A stretch of DNA of 39,214 nucleotides from the NCBI GenBank assembly GCA_046542305.1, contig JBKHBQ010000003.1, positions 1-39,214 on the forward strand, in the 5' to 3' direction. The translations under genes and the position numbers were made by a program. Below are positions 34,828 to 39,214 of this stretch, piece after piece (within the stretch, counting starts at the first letter, position 1; each line of letters begins with the position of its first letter). The stretch is from Bacteroidales bacterium. Lineage in GTDB: Bacteria; Bacteroidota; Bacteroidia; Bacteroidales; 4484-276. The notes under the pieces were generated by a model. The model searched no databases. It was not told the origin of the DNA and saw only the letters and a list, made by a program, of their open reading frames with translations.

Positions 34828-36354
34828 ATGGCAGGACAGAAAAAGATTAAGTCAGCACTTATTTCGGTATTTGATAAAAGCGGGCTCGACAGCCTGGTGC
34901 ATGAACTGCACCGGCAAGGCATCAAAATATATTCCACCGGCGGCACATACAAATACATACAAACACTCGGGGCGGAAGCCACGAGGGTTGAAGATCTTAC
35001 CAGCTATCCTTCCGTTTTCGGCGGGCGCGTAAAAACGCTTCATCCGCTGATTTTCGGCGGTATTCTCGGTCGGCGCGACAACCCTGAAGATGTGAAGCAG
35101 TTCGGCGAATATCAGATTCCCGAAATCGACATGGTGGTAGTTGATCTGTACCCGTTCGAAAAAACCCTCGCCTCCACTGATGACGAATCAGTGATCATCG
35201 AAAAAATTGATATCGGCGGCATCAGCCTCATCCGGGCCGCAGCCAAAAACTTCAGAGATGTACTGGTGGTTCCTTCAAGGGATTTGTATGAAGAAGCCCG
35301 GATCCTGATCCGCGAGCATCCGCAAGGAATTTCGCTTGCCGACCGCAAACGTTTTGCAGCACATGCGTTCAACGTATCCTCCCATTACGACACGGCTATC
35401 TTCAGATATTTTAACAGGCAAGCCGCCCTGCCAGGATTCAAAACCAGCCATTTGCACAGCGAGGTGCTCCGGTACGGCGAAAATCCTCATCAGCAGGGGC
35501 TTTTCCATGGCCGGCTTTCCGATGCATTCGATCAGCTTCACGGAAAGGCCATTTCGTACAACAACCTCATCGACCTGGATGCCGCCATCAGTCTGATCGA
35601 GGATTTCAGCGAAACCACATTTGCCATCCTTAAGCATAACAATGCTTGCGGGCTGGCATCCCGCACCAATCTGACAGACGCCTGGAAAGATGCCCTGGCC
35701 GGTGATCCCGTGTCCGCTTTTGGCGGGGTGTTAATCACCAACAGAACCGTAGACGCCGGTACCGCAGAAGAAATAAATAAATTGTTTTTCGAGATCATCA
35801 TGGCCCCCGGTTATGACGAAGGAGCGCTGGAACTGCTAAAATCGAAGAAGAACAGGATCATCCTGAAGAAAAAAGATTTCCGGTTGCCGGAAAAAATCTT
35901 CAGGACATCGATAACCGGTGTGCTGGAGCAGGAACGCGACGCGAAGGTGGAAACCGAAGCCGATCTGAAAACCGTTACGGACATTCAGCCCAAAGCCGGG
36001 CAGATACCGGATCTGCTGTTCGCCAACAAGGTGGTAAAACACACCAAATCCAACGCCATTGTGCTGGTAAAAAATCAGCAACTGATTGCCAGCGGCGTAG
36101 GACAGACCTCCAGGGTGGATGCCCTGAAGCAGGCCATCGAAAAAGCCCGTACATTTGATTTCGACCTTCAGGATGCCGTGATGGCATCGGATGCCTTTTT
36201 CCCGTTTGCCGATTCGGTGGAGATCGCCCACAAGGCCGGAATATCTGCCGTGATCCAGCCGGGAGGTTCGGTACGCGATCAGGATTCGGTCGATTACTGC
36301 AACGGGCGTGGCATGGCCATGGTGTTTACGGGCTTCAGGCATTTTAAACACTAA
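34828..36354 (+). CDS. purH: Bifunctional AICAR transformylase/IMP cyclohydrolase
   Basis: [53 protein letters not shown]; ATG at 34828. Confidence 0.98.
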   Translation: MAGQKKIKSALISVFDKSGLDSLVHELHRQGIKIYSTGGTYKYIQTLGAEATRVEDLTSYPSVFGGRVKTLHPLIFGGILGRRDNPEDVKQFGEYQIPEIDMVVVDLYPFEKTLASTDDESVIIEKIDIGGISLIRAAAKNFRDVLVVPSRDLYEEARILIREHPQGISLADRKRFAAHAFNVSSHYDTAIFRYFNRQAALPGFKTSHLHSEVLRYGENPHQQGLFHGRLSDAFDQLHGKAISYNNLIDLDAAISLIEDFSETTFAILKHNNACGLASRTNLTDAWKDALAGDPVSAFGGVLITNRTVDAGTAEEINKLFFEIIMAPGYDEGALELLKSKKNRIILKKKDFRLPEKIFRTSITGVLEQERDAKVETEADLKTVTDIQPKAGQIPDLLFANKVVKHTKSNAIVLVKNQQLIASGVGQTSRVDALKQAIEKARTFDFDLQDAVMASDAFFPFADSVEIAHKAGISAVIQPGGSVRDQDSVDYCNGRGMAMVFTGFRHFKH

Positions 36355-36433
36355 AAACGTAATTTATTATAATTCAAGCATAGGATTAACAGTTAATCAT
36401 TCACCAATCATTTCAAACTGCAGATAAGAAACC

Positions 36434-37456
36434 ATGGGAATGTTTTCATTTTTTACCAGAGAAATTGCCATCGACCTTGGTACCGCCAATACCATTATCA
36501 TATACAACGACAAAGTGGTTGTTGACGAGCCTTCTATTGTCGCCATCGAACGAAGCACAGGCAAGATCATTGCCGTGGGCAAACGTGCACAGATGATGCA
36601 CGGCAAGACCCACGAAAACATCAAGACCATCCGGCCGTTGCGCGACGGGGTGATTGCCGATTTTCAGGCCGCGGAATTTATGATCCGCGAAATGATCAAA
36701 ATGATCGGCATCCGGCAAACCATTTTTCCCCCGGCACTCAAGATGGTAATTTGCATCCCTTCGGGCATCACCGAGGTGGAAGAGCGGGCGGTGAAGGATT
36801 CGGCCGAGCAGGCCGGCGCCCGCGAGGTAAGGCTGATCCATGAGCCTATGGCTGCGGCCATCGGTATCGGCATCGATGTGCTTGAACCTACAGGCAACAT
36901 GATCATCGATATTGGCGGCGGAACCAGCGAAATCGCTGTAATTGCACTGGGCGGGATCGTAAACAATAAATCCATCCGCATTGCCGGCGACGATTTCAAT
37001 GCCGACATCGAAGAATACATGCGCAAGCAGCACAACATTAATATTGGTGAGCGTACCGCCGAGCGCATAAAGATTGAAGTGGGCGCCGCATTGCCTGAAC
37101 TCGACAACCCGCCGGACGATTTTGCCGTGCACGGCCGCGACATGCTTACCGGAATTCCCAAGGAAATTACGGTAAACTACGCCGAAATTGCCCACTGCCT
37201 GGATAAATCGATCTCCAAAATTGAAACCGCCGTGCTGCAAGCCCTGGAGATGACGCCACCGGAGCTTTCTGCAGATATCTTCAGGACGGGAATCTACCTG
37301 GCCGGCGGCGGCTCAATGCTGCGCGGCCTCGACAAGCGCCTCCACCTGAAAACCAAACTGCCGATACATGTGGCCGAAGATCCGCTCAGAGCCGTGGCAC
37401 GTGGCACTGGCATTGCGCTGAAGAACTTCGATAAATTTACGTTCCTGATCAAATAA
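36434..37456 (+). CDS. mreB: Rod shape-determining protein MreB
   Basis: IDLGTANT, RPLRDGVIAD, EPMAAAIG, DIGGGT, GGGSML. Confidence 0.98.
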   Translation: MGMFSFFTREIAIDLGTANTIIIYNDKVVVDEPSIVAIERSTGKIIAVGKRAQMMHGKTHENIKTIRPLRDGVIADFQAAEFMIREMIKMIGIRQTIFPPALKMVICIPSGITEVEERAVKDSAEQAGAREVRLIHEPMAAAIGIGIDVLEPTGNMIIDIGGGTSEIAVIALGGIVNNKSIRIAGDDFNADIEEYMRKQHNINIGERTAERIKIEVGAALPELDNPPDDFAVHGRDMLTGIPKEITVNYAEIAHCLDKSISKIETAVLQALEMTPPELSADIFRTGIYLAGGGSMLRGLDKRLHLKTKLPIHVAEDPLRAVARGTGIALKNFDKFTFLIK

Positions 37457-37513
37457 ATCCGGCCGGCTACGGTGGGCCTGCCGTATACCGGTAAATAACC
37501 GGGACCAGTTTGT

Positions 37514-38344
37514 ATGCGAAACCTGTTCACATTCCTCTGGAAAAATTATTTCTTCCTGCTGTTCATTTTGCTGGAAGCGGTAGCCTTCGTGCTGATTTCA
37601 AGGAATAATTATTACCAGCGAACGGTGATGATCAATTCGACGAACGACTTTACGGGAACACTGCTCGAAACCTACAGCGGCTTTACCGAATACTTCCACC
37701 TGAAAGAAGCAAACCGGGAACTGGCCGAAGAAAATGCAAGGCTGCTCAACCGCCGCCCCGAAGCATTTATTATAACCGACACGAACATCTTTTTCGTCGA
37801 CGACAGCCTGTACAACCGGCAATTTTCATACATGCCTGCGCGGGTGATCAGCAACAGCATAAACCGCCGCAACAATTACATGAAACTGAACAAAGGAAGC
37901 ATACATGGCGTGCAGCCTGATATGGCAGTAATTGCCCCCGGCGGAGTGGCCGGGCAGGTGATAGAGGTATCGCCGCATTTCAGTTCGGTAATGTCGGTGA
38001 TCAACATGAACACCCGGCTGAGCGCACGGCTGAAAACTTCAGGACAAGTGGGAACCCTGAAGTGGGACGGTGAGAATTACCGTACCGGATTGCTGGTGGA
38101 CATTCCGTCGCACGTAAGTATAAATGTGGGTGATACCGTGGTGACCAGCGGGTTTTCACAGATTTATCCCAGGAATGAAATGATCGGCGTGGTGGAAGAT
38201 TTCAGCATCGGACAGGGAGATAATTTTTACCGTGTGAAAATTCGCTTTGCCGTGGATTACAACCAGCTCCGCCACGTGTTCATCGTGAAAAACCTTTTTC
38301 AGGATGAACTGATGATGCTCGAACAAACAGAAATAACCGAATAA
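37514..38344 (+). CDS. mreC: Rod shape-determining protein MreC
   Basis: N-terminal TM segment, coiled coil LAEENARL, GDTVVTSG; follows mreB. Confidence 0.95.
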   Translation: MRNLFTFLWKNYFFLLFILLEAVAFVLISRNNYYQRTVMINSTNDFTGTLLETYSGFTEYFHLKEANRELAEENARLLNRRPEAFIITDTNIFFVDDSLYNRQFSYMPARVISNSINRRNNYMKLNKGSIHGVQPDMAVIAPGGVAGQVIEVSPHFSSVMSVINMNTRLSARLKTSGQVGTLKWDGENYRTGLLVDIPSHVSINVGDTVVTSGFSQIYPRNEMIGVVEDFSIGQGDNFYRVKIRFAVDYNQLRHVFIVKNLFQDELMMLEQTEITE

Positions 38345-38850
38345 TGCTGATAAGGAACGTCATAAGATTTGTGGTGCTGGTGCTTTTTCAGGTGCTGGTG
38401 ATCAATAATATTGCCTTCAACAGCTACATTTATCCGGCATTCTATGTGTATTTCATTCTGCTGCTGCCTTTCGAAACACCCGGTTGGCTGCTGCTGATGT
38501 CGGCTTTTATGCTGGGTCTCAGCGTGGATTTCTTTACAAACAGCCTGGGAGTAAATGCCGCAGCTACAGTTTTTGTGGCCTTTTTGCGGCCTGCTGTTTT
38601 TCGCCTTCTGAAGTCGAAAAAAGAATACGAACCCGGCATAATTCCCGGCATCAGGGATCTGGGATTTCGCTGGTTTTTCTTTTATGCTCTCATTCTTATC
38701 CTGATCCACCATTCCACCCTGTTCTTGCTTGAAGTTTTCAGCCTGAAGCATCTCACACAAACACTGAACAGGATTGCATTCAGCTCAGGGGTAACCCTGC
38801 TCCTGACGCTGCTGGCGCAATTTGTTTTCCTGAAACAAGATAAAAAATAA
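38344..38850 (+). CDS. mreD: Rod shape-determining protein MreD
   Basis: Hydrophobic 168 aa, GLSVDFF..SLG, TAATG coupling with mreC. Confidence 0.9.
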   Translation: MLIRNVIRFVVLVLFQVLVINNIAFNSYIYPAFYVYFILLLPFETPGWLLLMSAFMLGLSVDFFTNSLGVNAAATVFVAFLRPAVFRLLKSKKEYEPGIIPGIRDLGFRWFFFYALILILIHHSTLFLLEVFSLKHLTQTLNRIAFSSGVTLLLTLLAQFVFLKQDKK

Positions 38851-38887
38851 AATACCGTTCTATTCATTCAAATCAATCAAAAATTTA

Positions 38888-39214
38888 ATGAGAACAATGA
38901 TGAAAAAAACACTGATGTTGTTGATGATCGCAGGATTGTTTTTTGCATGCAACAGCAATGATGATAACCGTTTTAGGGTGGAAGCCGATATGGAAGGCGT
39001 TGCAGACGGATGGGTAGTACTTACGAAAGTGGTGGAAGAAAACATGACGCCAGTGGATTCGGTGAAAGCGCAAGACGGAAAGTTCAGCTTTAGCGGAACC
39101 ATTGAAAACACCGAGATGTACTATCTCGACTTCAAGGAAAACAAGATGTTTCACCGTTTCTTTATCGAGCCAGGAACGATTACCATTAGCGGAAGCCTGC
39201 AGGAACCGGTTTTT
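38888..39214 (+). CDS. Lipoprotein with DUF4369-like N-terminal domain (often TlpA/AhpC-TSA fused), truncated at the window end
   Basis: My translation: MRTMMKKTLMLLMIAGLFFAC-NSNDDNRFRVEADMEGVADGWVVL..VDSVKAQDGKFSFSGTIENTEMYYL..FFIEPGTITISG. Lipobox FFAC; open to the end; not in the supplied ORF track. Confidence 0.8.
   Translation, partial: MRTMMKKTLMLLMIAGLFFACNSNDDNRFRVEADMEGVADGWVVLTKVVEENMTPVDSVKAQDGKFSFSGTIENTEMYYLDFKENKMFHRFFIEPGTITISGSLQEPVF

Noticed and set aside
37457-37510. GC-rich hairpin potential between mreB and mreC
   Set aside because: Imperfect pairing and no U-tract; I cannot support a function.

Overview
Chromosomal segment of a Bacteroidota bacterium, probably Bacteroidales-like. 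This is inferred from T9SS C-terminal domains, TAnnTTTG promoter boxes and purH-mreBCD synteny. From left to right: (1) two tRNA-Pro-derived copies (55-bp exact direct repeat, period 373 bp) flank a small GIY-YIG nuclease gene; both have an aberrant palindromic anticodon arm, and the second lacks its 5' acceptor strand. (2) An 18-kb minus-strand cluster encodes four giant, acidic T9SS-secreted mosaic proteins with no recognisable catalytic domain. They are built from shuffled lamin-tail (LTD), OB-fold-like, Fn3-like, choice-of-anchor-J-like, Kre9-type Ig, PKD and CBM-like modules, and the first gene is split by a single in-frame TAG. (3) The rest is mostly housekeeping: dnaK (with a sigma54-like promoter), methylmalonyl-CoA mutase small and large subunits, a secreted repeat protein, an EEP-family hydrolase, a GH3-family protein, a LysE exporter, recJ, an ABC permease, purH, mreBCD and a truncated DUF4369/TlpA-like lipoprotein. 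The best candidates for undescribed biology are the tRNA-fragment/GIY-YIG unit and the LTD mosaic protein cluster. Domain calls come from motif recognition by eye, not from database searches.
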